NCBI GenBank assembly: GCA_030265395.1
Contig: JARFYF010000112.1
Coordinates: 68,533,887 to 68,590,166 of the forward strand
Source: Rhina ancylostomus
Lineage: Eukaryota
Reading direction: 5' to 3'
Length of the DNA stretch: 56,280 nucleotides
In this document: piece by piece, positions 24,598 through 39,500 of the stretch
Position numbering within the stretch: position 1 is the first letter of the stretch
How the letters are laid out: each line of letters starts with the position of its first letter
The notes under the pieces: generated by a model
Databases searched by the model: none
What the model saw: only the letters and a program-made list of their open reading frames with translations
What the model was told of the DNA's origin: nothing
Made by a program: the position numbers and the translations under genes

Positions 24598-27500
24598 CTG
24601 AGGGGGAACAGATCAGACACAAACTGAATCAATCTGGAATCATGATGACCATCTGTTTCTCAAGTTTCTGAAATGTAAACCATCGAGCAATCTGAGGTCT
24701 AGGGAGGAAATGGATTTTAACCCCCATACCCAAACGCGCACCACCACCCCCACCCCTCCCACCTCCCAACATATGGATTCCCCTTGGGTATAATGTTAAG
24801 ATGATAAAAATCTCAAACCCAACCTCAATTTGTCTCACAGCTGCCCACTTTCTGTTTAAATGGAGGTAGTACAGGGAACAGCCAAAACATTTAAGTGAAG
24901 AAGCAGTTTGCTTCACATTTCACCCCAGCTAAATGGCTGCCCTTAGCCTGCAAATCCTGGCAGTAGTTGAGATCCTCTGACTGCTGTGAGTTTGTCCTGT
25001 GTAGGTGGTGCAAGGGTGCCAGGACCAATAGAAAGCTGCCAACCAAACAGAATCCAACCTGAAGTTCCTGTCTTCAACCATGATCCTCCACCTACTCAAT
25101 TTGCAATATTCCAATTGCTCCATCCCTTCTTTGTTATCCTCTATTACAGCCCCTGATCCTCACCCATACCCTTTCAGCAACCCACTAATTCTTCCAGTTG
25201 CCCCCTGTACTCTCCTGCACCAACCTTCAACTTCCAACCTCCTTGCTTTTGGCTTTTTCAGTCTCTTCCTTTTCTCTACTTCCCAACTTCAGCTTACTGC
25301 TGAAAGTCTCATAGCTCAATGGGCAGTCAGCCTCTCGATCTGATCAGCTGCAGCTGGGAATTAGGGACAACATTTTTTCTTTGCTTTGCTTATTCATTCA
25401 CAAGATGTGAACATCACTGGCAATGCCAAGATTTGTTGCCTATCCCTAATAGTCCCAGAATTGAGGTGGTAGTTAGGAGACAACAGTATTGGAGGGTTGG
25501 AGTCACATTTGGTGGGTTGGAGTCACCTTTCTGGTAAAGATAGGAGGTTTCTTCCATGAAGGACATTCGTGAGCCAAATGTTATTCAGGTCCTGCATTTA
25601 AAAGGGACCAAAGGGGATCTTTGCAGGTTCAAGAACCCAAAAAATGCCTCTCACCTCCCATAAATAATAGGGACCAAAATTTCATTAATAATTAAGATCC
25701 TTGCTTCAAATCTGATAAGATCTAATAAATCTGTTGTGTCAAATCATTGAAAATCAAACAGATCCGATGCATTATTACTTGGAGTCATGTTGCTATCATG
25801 TCCTCTGAGGTTGTGAGAGTAGGAATTCAAACAATAGCAAAATTTGTCCCTATTAAATTACAATTGAGTTAGTTGCTTCAAATATTAACTTTCATATTGA
25901 GACATGACTCTATTGAGGCAGCACCAAAACAGTTGTGATTATTGTCAATAACTGGGAAACAATAAACCACAAAAATGAAAATAAGAGGAACATTAAGAAG
26001 TTAGTGTGAATTAAACTATTCTAAGATTGTAGACAAATCTGCTTATTTAATATGTTTAGTGTTTTTCATTTTAAAGCATTATTAGAGGCACATTGGCAGC
26101 ATATAGAAACGTACCCCTAATGTGGGCAAGAGTGGCCAGGGAACTGCTAATTATTGCGACATCTTTGGCGTAAAGCATGGACATTCTTGGGCCATTATAC
26201 CAGCCACCTGCAGCAAATAAGGACAAGCGAACTGAGAGTTCTTTCAAACCTGACTCTCTATTTTTCTGCAAAAGTTCTAGAGAGAGCCACAGGCAATTTT
26301 AGAGAGAAAATTCAGAAAACCGTGGAAGAAAATGCATGGAATTATGCTTTCCAAAAACTAAGTTGGCATTTACATATGCATTGTGAAAAGCATTGTAATA
26401 AATGGATTCATTTGTTCTTTGAAATGGACATTGTTAGCACCTGTGCCTTAATTTTCAGGTGTAGCAATTTTAAAGGCAATGGGTTATTAGAATTTGGACA
26501 TTGCCTCAGAATCCTGCAAATCTCATTAGGAAATATTTCATTTGTTTTGCCTCTGTGAAACAAACTTGCAAATTTTCCAAATAACCAGTAGTATCTACCT
26601 CTGTGTAGGCACACACCAGTTTACTTGGAGGCTCATCCAGCAGCAATGAAGTCCAAGTCATCCTGCATGATTGAACAGCCTCTCACCTGTGAGTTTCCTC
26701 CAATGCAGAGATGGGAGCTCATAGAGCAAGTCAGGCATGCAGCAGAGGTGCAAGATAATCGTTGGAGGAGGAGATGGCTGTTCGTGAGAATGTGGTAACA
26801 CGTGTTCTATCCGGAGCTTTGTCTCTAATTCCTCAGAGGTCAAATGATGTCTTTGAAGGCTTCAGATGATATCAATTGATTTGAAAAGTGTAAACCAATC
26901 ACCTCCACTGAAACAGCCATCAAATCTTTGTAAATTTATATAATTCATTGTTGTCCAAACACAGATCCAAACCATTCAAATAGCAGGCTTGTGTATGAAG
27001 TGTGTGAAATGCTGTCTTCCTCAAGTCAATTGCCTAGATTTTCAAAATTTCATCAGTGAAATTTTGTGTTGAATTACATTGAAATACAATTACTTTGTGA
27101 AACTGTTTTTAATTGTTTTAAGTGTTGCACCTGAATTAAAGCAATTGATAGGGATATGGTGGTTAGAGGTGAGAAGGGAGATGATGATCAGGAGAGAGGA
27201 GATTGGCCCAGTGGGGAGACAGTTGCTGGGTAAGAGGTGAGCATTAATGGAGGAAGAGAGACTCGATCACATGCAGAAGGGGAGTCAAGTGGAGGAGACT
27301 ATCTCTGGGGCAAAATGATCACTGGCGGGGAAGAGATGAATACTGGGGAGAAGATGATCACTGGTAAAGAGGCAACATCTGGCAGCAAGTTAATGTCTGG
27401 GCTGGAGAGATGACTGTTGGCAAGAAAATGGCTACTTGGAGGGAAATGAGGTAGGAAATATCATCACTATCAGAGAGTTGATCATGGGACAGGAGGCACA

Positions 27501-30500
27501 ATCATTGGTGAGGAGAGATGTTTGCTCTTTGGGAGCTTGGCAACATATTAGCATAGAGGACAGTCTCTGAGCAATTCCTTGACAAGGAGCATATGTGGAA
27601 GAAAATGGAAGCTTCAGACTATTTGGCAATGACCAAGTAAGATTGGGTTCCCTATAACTAATTCCGAGCCCCCTGTTAGACTGCCGAGGCTGAATTGTTC
27701 AAGGTTCTCACGTGCACTGTACGGTTGTGCACAAGTAATTTTACAGAAATGTTTAATGCTGTTTTACATCACTGCACATCTTGGATGCCTCCATGTCTAT
27801 GTGCTAGTATGCTGGGAGGACATAGAACAGAAATTAGAAAGTGTGCTACTGCTGCGCCAAGCACCCAATTACATTTATTGATTAGGTTTCTCATAAACTT
27901 CTATCATGGAGCAAATAAAACATTGGACGACTTGTCAGAACTTCTAGGCCACTGTGTTTGATAATTCATAATCAACTACTGCATTTTTTCATTTAGTGCT
28001 TATGCTTCAGTAAATGCTGTTACATTTTGAAAATTATGCCTCCAGTAATCATCTAAACATTACTTTCTTGGCATTTGTTCTGATTTTCACTTCTGAAGAC
28101 ATTTGCCCCTTATTGCGTATACAAGCATTAACTTCCCTGCAATTCTCCTAGACATTTGAGTATGCAGACAATTTATCCTTAAAGAAGCTGTGTTACTGCT
28201 GAGCTCAGTCCTGACCCCACCAGCCTCCACATATGGACACTCTGCACCACTCTGGCCTGAGAACCCTGGCTAAACTTCCTATCGAGGGAACTGGCACAGA
28301 GCTCATTGTTGCGCTAAGTAAAATCATTTAACTGTGGAATTGAACCTTGGTGCAATGCCTCAGGCAAGGGAATTTACCTTTTATTACCAGGATTTTCTCT
28401 TTGGGAAAAAAAACAGGAGATATAATACAGGTGCTAATTCCCTATCAGCTGCTTCTCATCTATAACAGGTTAAAACAACCCCCCCCCCACCTTGTATTGC
28501 CCAATTACAAGAGACCACTAATATCATTTGATGCAAATTTTTCACATTGCCTCTTCTCTGAGGATGACTGTGGTCTGTTTATTGTTGGATGAATTCTCCA
28601 AAACTAAGAAAGCTTTTGAAAATAAGCGCCATTATGTAAAACTGAAATCTTCAGTAACTGAATTATTTGCAAAGCATTTCCTTCAGTCAGTTGTGTAAAC
28701 CAAAGACAAATGTTAGAAATCCTACCGTGAGTATAATCTGATATTAAGAAGGGCTTTACTGGACCTTGACCAGCCTCCTCAAAGAGTTTTGTCGGAACTG
28801 AAATTTGAAAATGCACATAATTATAGAAATTTGCTATCTTTTAATCTGTGCTACTAATTTAAAGATCAGTCTGAGATTTATTTACCACATGTGTATGAAA
28901 CATTGAGTTGTTTACGGATTCCAGGGATGCAGGGATCACCAAAACTCAGAACACTGGCAGTGATCGAACAGTTTTGTTTTCCATGGCACCTTGAGGATAC
29001 TTCCCTTAGAGTTGAGGGTGATAAGCATTCTGAAAGGAAAGGAAGTTATTCAAAGCATTATGCCATCTCATTTTTTTTTTCTGGCCCATTTTCATGCCTT
29101 CTTTCTCTTTCTCACCTCTCCCCAAGACATTCCACAAGTACTAGCCAAACTCTACTGTTTGCACTGAGCAACTATTCTTCATGTGTGAAGTTGACAGAGC
29201 GATATGTGGTAATAGAGATTAAATACAAATTCTAATTCAATCTACAACATTCATGGATCACTATATTTAAAATATTCTTCTTCAGTATTTCAAACAATTC
29301 TCACAGATGAAGCCTCCCATCCACTGTTCTAAGATGGCATAGTCTTTCTCTCCTACCTTGTCCAGGATAACAATGATTAAGCCATTCTTGAGAAAATGTT
29401 AATATATGTTCTGTCCAGGGTCTCACCTCCAATTCTTCAGAGATCCAAGAAGCTTTTGAAGGCTACCAAAGACATTAATTGATTTAAAAAGTGCAGGTCT
29501 ACCAACTCCTCTGAAAGAGTTATCAGGGCTTTGTAAATTTGCACAGCTCTCTGTTGGCCAAACATAGATCTAAAGCAGCAGGTTTGAGTTTGGATTAGAT
29601 AATTTGCTTCCTTCCTAAAGCTAATTGCCTATAGATTCAATATTCATCAGTGAAGTAATGTAATGGTTCTCGCAGTGAAGTAATGTAGTGATTACTATGT
29701 GAATCCATTTTTTTTTCATTTCTGAGTACTTACAACAGATATTAAGAATATAAAGCAAACCAAAATAAAGACAAAGATGTTTGACTTCATGACGCTCTTC
29801 TTAAACAAAATCCAAACAATGGATTTTGCAGCACAAGTCAATGGATAATGGTCAGGAACAAGATTCGTTGTTATCTCTTTAGCTATTCCTTAGCTTTGGA
29901 TATTGAATTTATTGTAGCTCCAATCCTGCTTCAGGTTAATTGGTTCAGATTGAATTTGGATATCAAACAGTCTGAAAACATGAACATAGAACTTTACTTC
30001 AAGTTAAAACCTGGCAGCAGGACTAAGGAATATAAAGTTCAAACAAAAAAAAGGATAAACTTAGAATTATTCAGAATACTTATTTGTACAAAAAGAGTCT
30101 TAAACTTCAAATATACCCGCTACTGTATCAGGGAAACCTGAGAAATGACTTCATGCTATGTCTGACAAAGAGATAGCAGGGCTAACAAATGAAGAGAGAT
30201 GGGGTTAATTAGGCATGTATTCACTAGAGTTTAGAAGAATGAGAGGGGATCTCATGGAAGCTTATAAAATTCCAAAAGAACTGGACAGATTAGATGCAAG
30301 GAGAATAGTGGGTAAGTCCAGGACCAGGGGCACAGACTAAGAAAAAGGCATAAACCATTTAAGACAGAGATTGGGAGAATTTTCTCTCCCAGAGATTGGT
30401 GAACCTGTGGAATTGTCTACTACAGAAAGCAATTGAAGTCAATTTACTGAATATATTCTGGAAGGGGTTAGATATTGCTCTTAGGACTAGAGGGATCAGG

Positions 30501-33500
30501 GAATATGGGGTGAAAGTTGGAAATTTGGATGATCAGCATGATCACATTGAATTGCAGAGCAGGCTTGAAGGACCAAGTGGTCTTCTCCTGCCTCTTCTAT
30601 GTTCATTTTCTATGTTTCTATGGATTTTCACTATCTGAACATACAGACTGAATATTTATTGTAGCAGTGCAGAATTAGCAGATTATCTCACTGGCACTGA
30701 TGCCTGAACAGCTCTCTCATTTTCCCAGAATACTGTCCTTAGTCACACACACCTAGCCTGTAACACTTTTAAAATTACTGTAACATTTCATTACTTGTCA
30801 GTGAAAGGCCCTCTGTGTAATTGAACACCCATCTCATTGCCCTAACTTTCCAACAACAGCTATTAAATGACACAACAAAAGAATTGCAGACTGAATTTAA
30901 AAAAACAGGTGAAATTACTTTCCTGAGTCATTAACAATGGTGAAAATTGGTGAACTCCCCAATAATCCAGTGGATAAATATAGCCAGTGGATCAGAAGAA
31001 TGCCCAGTCTCTGCACTCTGCGCCTACTGCGATAACTGGTCTCAGTAAGCATGGAAAAAGAGCGGAATAATCCTAATGAATATTCAATAACTTTTCTGCC
31101 ACAAAGTGATTAGGAAAAATCTGGATTGAAATAAAACTAAAATTCTGCAGATGATGGAAATCAGAAACAGAAACAGAAAATGCTGGGAAACAGTTGTTGA
31201 ATTTGCATCCTCTGGCTGTAGGCTCACCAATATCTGGCATTGTGCTGTTCACTGAGGGGCATTCCATATTCCCATGAAGGGCTCGTCCAAAGCTTGCAGC
31301 GTAAATGACAAGGATGGTTTGCTTCTTACACTGGAGGTGTAATTTCTCATTCTCACATACCAGTTTGCTTTGGTGTCCATCTGAAACATAAACACAGTAA
31401 ACAATATCAAAGATCTGAAAATGTTCTGTAAGTGATCTAAGCTCATTTTCATTGGAGTGGCAGGAGTGTTGGGTCTGTTTGCCAGGTGCACTGAAACAAT
31501 TTTGTGAATGGTGAAAGATCTGCATCTCCAAATGGTATTAATTAAGCACTTCATTAAACTAACCAATCACCTATTCCACAAGACCAACAGAGCTGAGCAA
31601 TTCCTACCAACTGGAAATGCATTTAGTATCTAGCATTGGAGACTGTGGAATGAAAAGGTTAAATACTCCACAGAACACAAATGTTGTTCTGCTCCAGTCT
31701 GATAAACACAGTGTTCAGTTTTACATTGGAAAAGTAAATGAAGGAATAGTCTAATTTTGCTAGTGGGTACGACAGTTGTTTCTCAATTGGAGGCCATATG
31801 TCTTGAGTCAGAATTCTAGGCTGAGTACAGTGCAATACTGAGTTAATGCTGAGACATGGTATGTTCTGTCACATGGGCATAAAATGTTTCATGGTGCTGC
31901 ACTGAAACAGACTGCAGAAGTTTCTCCAGTCCTCAACCAAAATTATTAAATCAGCTGACATTTTGTGGGGTTTTGCTGTGTACAAGTTGGTCCCATGTTA
32001 CTTCAATTGTTGTAAAATGCTGGAGAATCTCAACATTGTCAAAGGTGCAAATAAATCCAAGTCTTTCTTATCTGTATAGAACAGTTCCTTAAGATTAAAT
32101 GTGCCCAGCCAATTTCAGTGGAGGATAGATTTCTGGTGTCTTGTGAAAGAATTAGGTTTAACTGTCAAATGGCATCATCTCATTCCATAGTTTCGTTATA
32201 TATTCTATGAGGATGAGATTGACAGCAGCGATGAAGGAGCTGATGAATCTATTTATCCCATCATTGCCAGGGAATTACCATACAGGGGCTCCCAGGATTG
32301 TGGAAGACCTGAACTTATGGAAAACATACTTTATGCAAATGTTCCCATAATATTTTAAAGAATTTTTCAAGATAGTAGTAATAATAATAAAATGTTTGGT
32401 GGTATTCCTTAACAACTGGATACAGTAGATATCCCATTAGTTTAATTATAGATCGTGTTAGGGTAAATATTCGATGAAATGAACGGATTATAGGAAGTGG
32501 ACATAGAGTGGTAAGATATAGGTAGCTGCAAAAGACGGATGTTTCTGACACATGGACAGTTCCCTGGAATGGAACCCATATGTAACCTGGGAACTACCTG
32601 CATTAGCTCCGCTTGCCAGGCATCAAAGTTACCTTTGGTACCTATCGTTAAGCACCTTCTATTTCTCATTGACATGCTGTGTCCCAGCACCTGTGTACTG
32701 ATGACATCCAGCTGTGACACCACCATAGATCTTCACCCTTCTAAACTGAGAGATTGGTTCAGTTGGCATTCATTCCAGGATGAGCAGAAATTTCTGCCCA
32801 TTAAATATTGGGTGACCAGCCAATCCATTGTCTTTACTGCCAATTACAAACTCTATTATCCAGCCACTGACTCCAGCCCCCTCTTTGGGTCAGTCTGGGA
32901 GTGCAGCTGGAGATGGGAGTGGAGTCAGGGACAAAGGAGCAGTGGTGCTCCTCAGCACTGAGATGAAGGAAGTTATGGCTCACACAAGACTTAATGTTAG
33001 ACATGTAGTCTGACACGACAGAAGCAGTCAGGAGAGACAGTGAAATGCTGAGTGCTTCAGGGCAGATGGAAAAACAGATCCATCAGATGCTGTTGCTAAG
33101 GACAAGTGTGTAAATAGAAAAGAGGATGAAGCCAAGGATAGACATGGGAAATTGTGGTAGATGCATCTCTGGGTAAAAACATATTGAGATAGAATTCCCA
33201 TATAAATCATTTTTTACAGCATTTCTAATGACCTTGTGCCAAAGTTATGGTAAGTGGTTAAAACAGCCCCTGCAGAAATTCCAAAGGCAGAGGTAAATTA
33301 GATTTTTGCAAGGTGTTCTTAATAGCAGGAATAAAGAAAATAATACTTGAAATCTGGATGTCTGATATTCTTATCAACAGTCTTTAAAGTGTTATCTCAA
33401 GCCATATGCCTGTTAATATTTCAATTTACGGTGGCAGAAATTCTCATAAACAAGTATCCTGTTTCTCACATATTGTAAATTTGGTTCCAGATCTCTTGGT

Positions 33501-36500
33501 ATCTCTCAATCACTCTCTAAGATACAGAAGATTGTCAGTAATTTAAAGTAACAACAAAGGCACTTGGATAAAGAGTCAGGCAGCATTCTTTTTTAGCATT
33601 CATCCAAACAGATTGAAAACTTACTACACATACAGGCAATCCTCACATTATGGTGGGGTTCCATTTCAAGAAAATGGTCCTTATCATGATTTTTCATAAC
33701 ACAAAGTAACACCATCTCCGCACATGTTTATTGTATTTTGTAGTTATTTATTTACTTTTTTTGTTATAAAGCAAGTCCGGCAAAGCTGCAAAATTGTGAT
33801 TATCTGCTGTTAGGAAACTATCTGCCTCTAGTTAAAGCAAGTCCGGCAAAGCTGCAAAATTGTGATTATCTGCTGTTAGGAAACTATCTGCCTCTAGTTA
33901 AGTGTTAAAAAATGGTAATGTTCAACTGTTTCATTTCTAAGCACATTGCAATGCACTTGTAATGTATCTCGTGCCTTCTCCAGATTCTCATTTGAAAGTT
34001 TTCCAGTGTGGTACAGCCTCTCCCTTTGTGAATGAGGAGATACAGTAACATTGCCACTTTAGTCTGGTTTATCTTCCATAGGCAACTCAACATACAGTGT
34101 GGACTTGTTCCTCCACTCTCTCCATTCTTTTGTTGGCACACCTTTATTTGCCACACCACAAACTCTCACCGTCTCTTGGTGCATGTTCACGTGGTATATC
34201 AGATGGAAGAAATCACACCCAGTTATCCCAATTCTAGCTCTAAAAGTTATAGTTTCCTCAACCAACTCTTCTTACACCATGTCTCAGTACCTCTCTCATT
34301 AACTTTCTAGGATAGTGAAAATAGTTGGTTGCGTAAACTAACAACAAAGGTACTTTACTAAAGTGGCATCCAAAATCTCTTACTGTGGCTTTCTCCCTAC
34401 AGACTGCCTCAGGAATTTGCCTCTGGAATCTGACATTTGCCACAGAGCACTTAGATACAATTCAAGGTTGACAGCATTAAAGTAATAATTATTGTCACTA
34501 ACTGTTAGTACATATGACACAATGAATTCTAGGATGGAGCAATATGAAATCAGACAGAGTTAAGCCACTCACTAAAACTCACAGATTGGTTATCCACTCA
34601 CCAGGTTTGCACTTGAATGAAACAATTAGATATTTACTAGTCCCAGGACAAGGATCAGGGCCAAAAACACGGCTGTTGACGGAAAACTGGCAGGAGTGCT
34701 GTTCTTGACATTCATCATACACTTTCTGTTAAAAAAGCATATGTAAGCAACACTGGAAAACAAAATCTAGTCATGACACACTAAGCTACAACTGGAATGC
34801 TAGAAGTAGATTTTTCTCAAGTTCTCTTCTTCCGAAGCTCCTAACTAAAGCAGGCTACATCGGTGAAACATATGAATCCATGTACTTCTCAGTTAGACTA
34901 CATGCCTGGAATCCTCAGGAGCATCCTGCACATACTGTGATTCCTTAGCAAGTTGGTAAAACTGAGCCAATGCATAACAAAATCCTTTTTAGCATAATAC
35001 CCCCTATAATAAAGCTATCTTGAGTACCAGAGATTATGTTGCTTGTAACTGGCTAGATGTTGCTGAAACGGTATCAGTTATGACAAGGCATTGAACAGGT
35101 ATTGTACTACTCAAGGGGCAGCTTACTGCCCAACACCTGCCCTTCATGAATGATGACATCAGGGCCAAGAAAAGATTAAGGGAGATTCAACAGACTTGTG
35201 TAGAGTCAGAAGGAACAGAACTCCTAAAAAATACAGCAGAGTAGAGCCAACCCGTCATGATCTCCATGACTATAGCCCCCATTCCCCTTCCACCTCATCA
35301 CCTCCTGGGGGCTGACTCAGCATCAGAACTTGTCAAGCCTGGAGCAAGAAATTCTGATAAGTGAAATTTCATTTACTTGCCCAATGTTTGAGGCACAACT
35401 GCTAACAAACAAATTTAGCCTTTTTAACAAAAGGATGTCACAATGCAAATTCCCTTCTGCCATGTAAAATATATCCTTTCACAGATACAATTCAACTCAG
35501 TAACTGCATTGTGTAAGAAGCACTTTTTATATAGTGCATGGTCAACCTGAATGGAATTTACCCACCGGTACTGCTGTGAGGGCAGCACAGTTGGTGCTTT
35601 CAGCTGACGTATTTCCTGTGATGGAGCATAGATGTTCACTGGGAACACGGCGACCATAGAAGGCAGACAGAATGCTGATGGATGTCTGAGGTGGGCAGCT
35701 TATTGAGAATCGATCCCCATCACAAGAATGAACTGTGTGGTTTTGCAGAATCTTCNNNAGGTAGCCTAGTTAATTCAAACAGATCATTGAAGGATTAAGA
35801 GCATGTCTTCTCTTTGAGCCTGTGAAAAGGATGCCATAAATACCATTTCTTTCACAAAATCAGCTTTCAGTATCATATGATTTCAATGACACAGCTTAAA
35901 CCTGAGTTTCCCAAGCTTTACCTACCTGTAGTTCTTGCACATTTGTACATATATTTAACAAATTTACAATATTGAACAATCCTACCTCCCTTACAAACTA
36001 TTATGGGGATGTTTTCTAGCCATTACAGTGACTGATGTATCTGTTTTCTTCTCATACAGAAAATAGCTTTATTTAACAGGACAGGTTTGTTAAACAATGG
36101 CTTTTACAAAACATTTGTATGAACTTAAAACAGTATATGAACCTAATTAGTGTACAGTTGAACCAGACCTTGAACTTTGAACTCCCTGGCCCTTAATAAC
36201 TCTGTGTGACTTGCAGAATGCTGATACTTTTGGATCAACATGGTATGAAAATCTCATTAGATGAGTGCAGAGCACATTCATAGTCTTCCCATTGAAGCTG
36301 GCAGATCACAGGCGAAAGTTCTCATCCTCTGCCACACAATGTTTGTCTTTCATTCCCTGAGCAGCTGCAGCTGCCACGTGTTGTTCCCTGTCAAATCGAC
36401 TCTGCTGTACCAGCCATCTAGATATAATGGTCATTTGTGTCCTCTGCCTCATGTGTGAGCCACTGATGGGCAGGTAGCTGCAGTCTGACATTTGTTCGGG

Positions 36501-39500
36501 CAGTTATTTTCTTTTTAATTTCCACCTTGCTTACCCCTCTCCCAAAAATGCTGGGTCTAGCATAATTATAAATTACAAAAATGTTAATGTAGGGAGATCT
36601 ACCCTGTGTCTGTCCTCTTGTAAGTCCATTTACTAATACTGTCAACAACTCCTTTAATATATTTTCTTAGATATTATTAACTTACTTTCCATTGTTGTAA
36701 CATATTCTGTATTCCACTCATTTCTCAGACCTGAAATCTCTTCTAACCCTATATCCAGCCTCACACCTAGACCACATTCCCAGTAGTACATGGCCAACCT
36801 CATGAGTACATGGATCCATGGATACTAAATCAGTGGATAATGATAATGTGTACAATATTGAGAATGTGTACTAATAAGTGAGCCAGATGCTGAACCATCA
36901 GGATTCATGAGCAATCAGATCACAGATTATCTGAGTTTTACTGTGGCTGGATTTTTAAAAAATTACTTATCTACTTTTATGTGCAGGATACCCAGTGCCT
37001 GACCTGCTCTTATGGTCACGGTACTTAAGTAGCTGGTCATGTTGAAGTTCTGGTCAGTGATAATCCTGGGAGATTGATGCTGGGAGTTTCAACATTGGTA
37101 AGCCCACTGAATGTCAAAAGGATTTGGTTAGATTGTCTTGTAGCAGATAGCTATTGCCTGACGCTTCTGTGGTGTGAATGTTTCTAGTCAACATGCCTGA
37201 ATGTTGTCTAGGTCTTGAGGTACTGCTTCATTTTCTGAAAAGGTGCAATTGGAATTGAAGATTGTGCAATCATCAGCTTCCATCCCCACTACTAACTTTA
37301 TCATGGAAGGAAAGTAAGCTGAAAATGGCTGGGCCTAGAATACTGCCCTGAAGAACGCTAGAAGTGGTGATGCCCTGGAGCTAGGATGATTGACCTCCAA
37401 CCACCACAAACAGCTTCCACTGTTCAAAATATGTCTCCAACCACTGGAATATTTCCCCTTAATGCCCATTTGACTGCAGTTTTACCAGGACACTTCAATG
37501 CCATATTTGGTCAAATTCTGCCTGGATGTCAAGGGCAGTAACTCCCTCCTCACCTCTAGAATTCAGCTCTTTGGTCTATGATTGAACCTTAGGTGTACTG
37601 ATGACTGAAACAAAGAACTGGCAAAATCTAAACTGGCCAAGATGAGCAAAATGTTGGCATATTTGATGATGCCTTTAACCACTTTGCTGATGATTGCACA
37701 GTAATTAGCCAGATTGGATTTATCATGCTTTTTGTGAAAGATCATTACTGATCATTTGTCCACATTATTGGATAATTGTCAGTGCTGTAACTGTACTGGA
37801 ATAGCTTGGCTGGAGATGCAACTAGTTCTGGAATACGGCTCTTCTGTACTACATCTTGGATGTTGTGTGGTCCTGTACCCTCTGATGCATCCAGTGCTCT
37901 CGGATATTTCTTGATATCTCGTGGAAGGAACTGAATTAGACGATGGTTTCTGTGATGGAGGGGATCTCAGGTGGAAGCTGAGACAGTCATCTACTTAGCT
38001 GAACTTAATTGTGGGTGCTTCAGCCTTGCCTTTAACACAAAGTGCTGAAACCTGTCATCAATGAGTATGTGGATGTTTCATTTTTCCATCAACATTTATG
38101 ACATGATGTGGTGGTACTGCAGTGTTTTTGATTTGATGTGATAGTTGTGGGATGTCTTGGTTCGGTCAAATCAGCTTATCCATGTTGTTTTACTCACTAC
38201 CTGTTGCAGACCTAGTCTGGTACTTGTGTCCTTCAGGATTCAGGCAACATGGTCATAGTAGTGCTATGGAACCATTCTTGATGAGGGACATCGAAATCTC
38301 CTTCCCAGAGTACATTCTGTGCCCTTGATACTTTTAGCACTTCTTCCAAGTGTTGTTGAACATGGAAGAACATTGATTCTAACTGAGAGAGGATAGTAGA
38401 TGGTAAACAGAATAGTTTTATTTGCTCAAGTTTGACCTGGTGCCATGAGACTTCCTGGGGTATGGAGCCAATGTTGAGGCTACTTCTTGCTGCCTGTATA
38501 CCACTGTGCTGATATCTCTGGTGGGCCTTCACTCCAGGTGGGATAATAGGTACCCAGGGATTGTGATGGAGGAGTCTGGCACATTGTCTGTAAGGTGTGG
38601 TTCTCTGAATATGACTATGTCAGGCTGTTGCTTGACTAATCCATGGGACAATTCTCCCAAATTGAGGAACAGACCCCCAATGTTAGTAAGGGGGGCATTG
38701 CCATGTCCAAGTTCATAGCCTAAGTCCATGCCAGATGATCCATTTGGTTTTATCTTGCTTCATTCCTTGCAAACAGCCACTAGGCCCCTTTGGAGGCAGT
38801 CAAAAATCAACAGGAGTGCTGTGGGTCTGGAGTGACCTTTAGGACAAAGCATGTAAAGATGGTTTGTTTCCTCACTTGATGAACATAAGTGAAACAGTTG
38901 GGCTTTTAAGGCAATCATCATCGTCATTGCAATGACTAGTTTTTGTAATTAATATTAACTGAACTTAAATTTCACAGCTGCGCTGGTGGAATTTGAACTC
39001 ACACCTCTGGATTATTAGCCCATTCCTCTGGATTTCTAACTTGCATTGGATTTACTGTGCTATGTGACAGGTGCTATTTTCTGTGGTTAGCTAGTTCACT
39101 TCTCCCTTTTTCACTCAAATTATATTTTTAAAAATGTCATGTTGAATGGAATAATGCAGCACTTATAAAACTTATAACCAGGCTCTCAAGTTATTACTCT
39201 ATTGCTTTGTTTCTCAGTGGAGCAAGAGCTGTGAGAGGAAGCTTTGGTTGGGAAATGACACAGCTGATCCCTGTGCAATGATTGCTTGTATTATTCATAC
39301 ACAAACTGTATGTTGCTGGCAAGGCCAGCGTTTATTATCTATCTTTAATTCCCTTTGAAAAGTGGCACACCTTCTTGAACTGCTGCAGTCCTTCCAGTCA
39401 GGTTGAGTACAGTTAGGCAAGGAGTTCCAGAATTTAGACCCAGTGACAATGAAGAAACAGGATGGTGTGACTTTGAAGGCAATTATGTTCTGATCTGTTG

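Noticed and set aside
29648-29690. Short repeat cagtgaagtaatgta x2 and other tandem units as a CRISPR-like array
   Set aside because: Only two copies, and the context is eukaryotic intronic DNA; ordinary slippage duplication.
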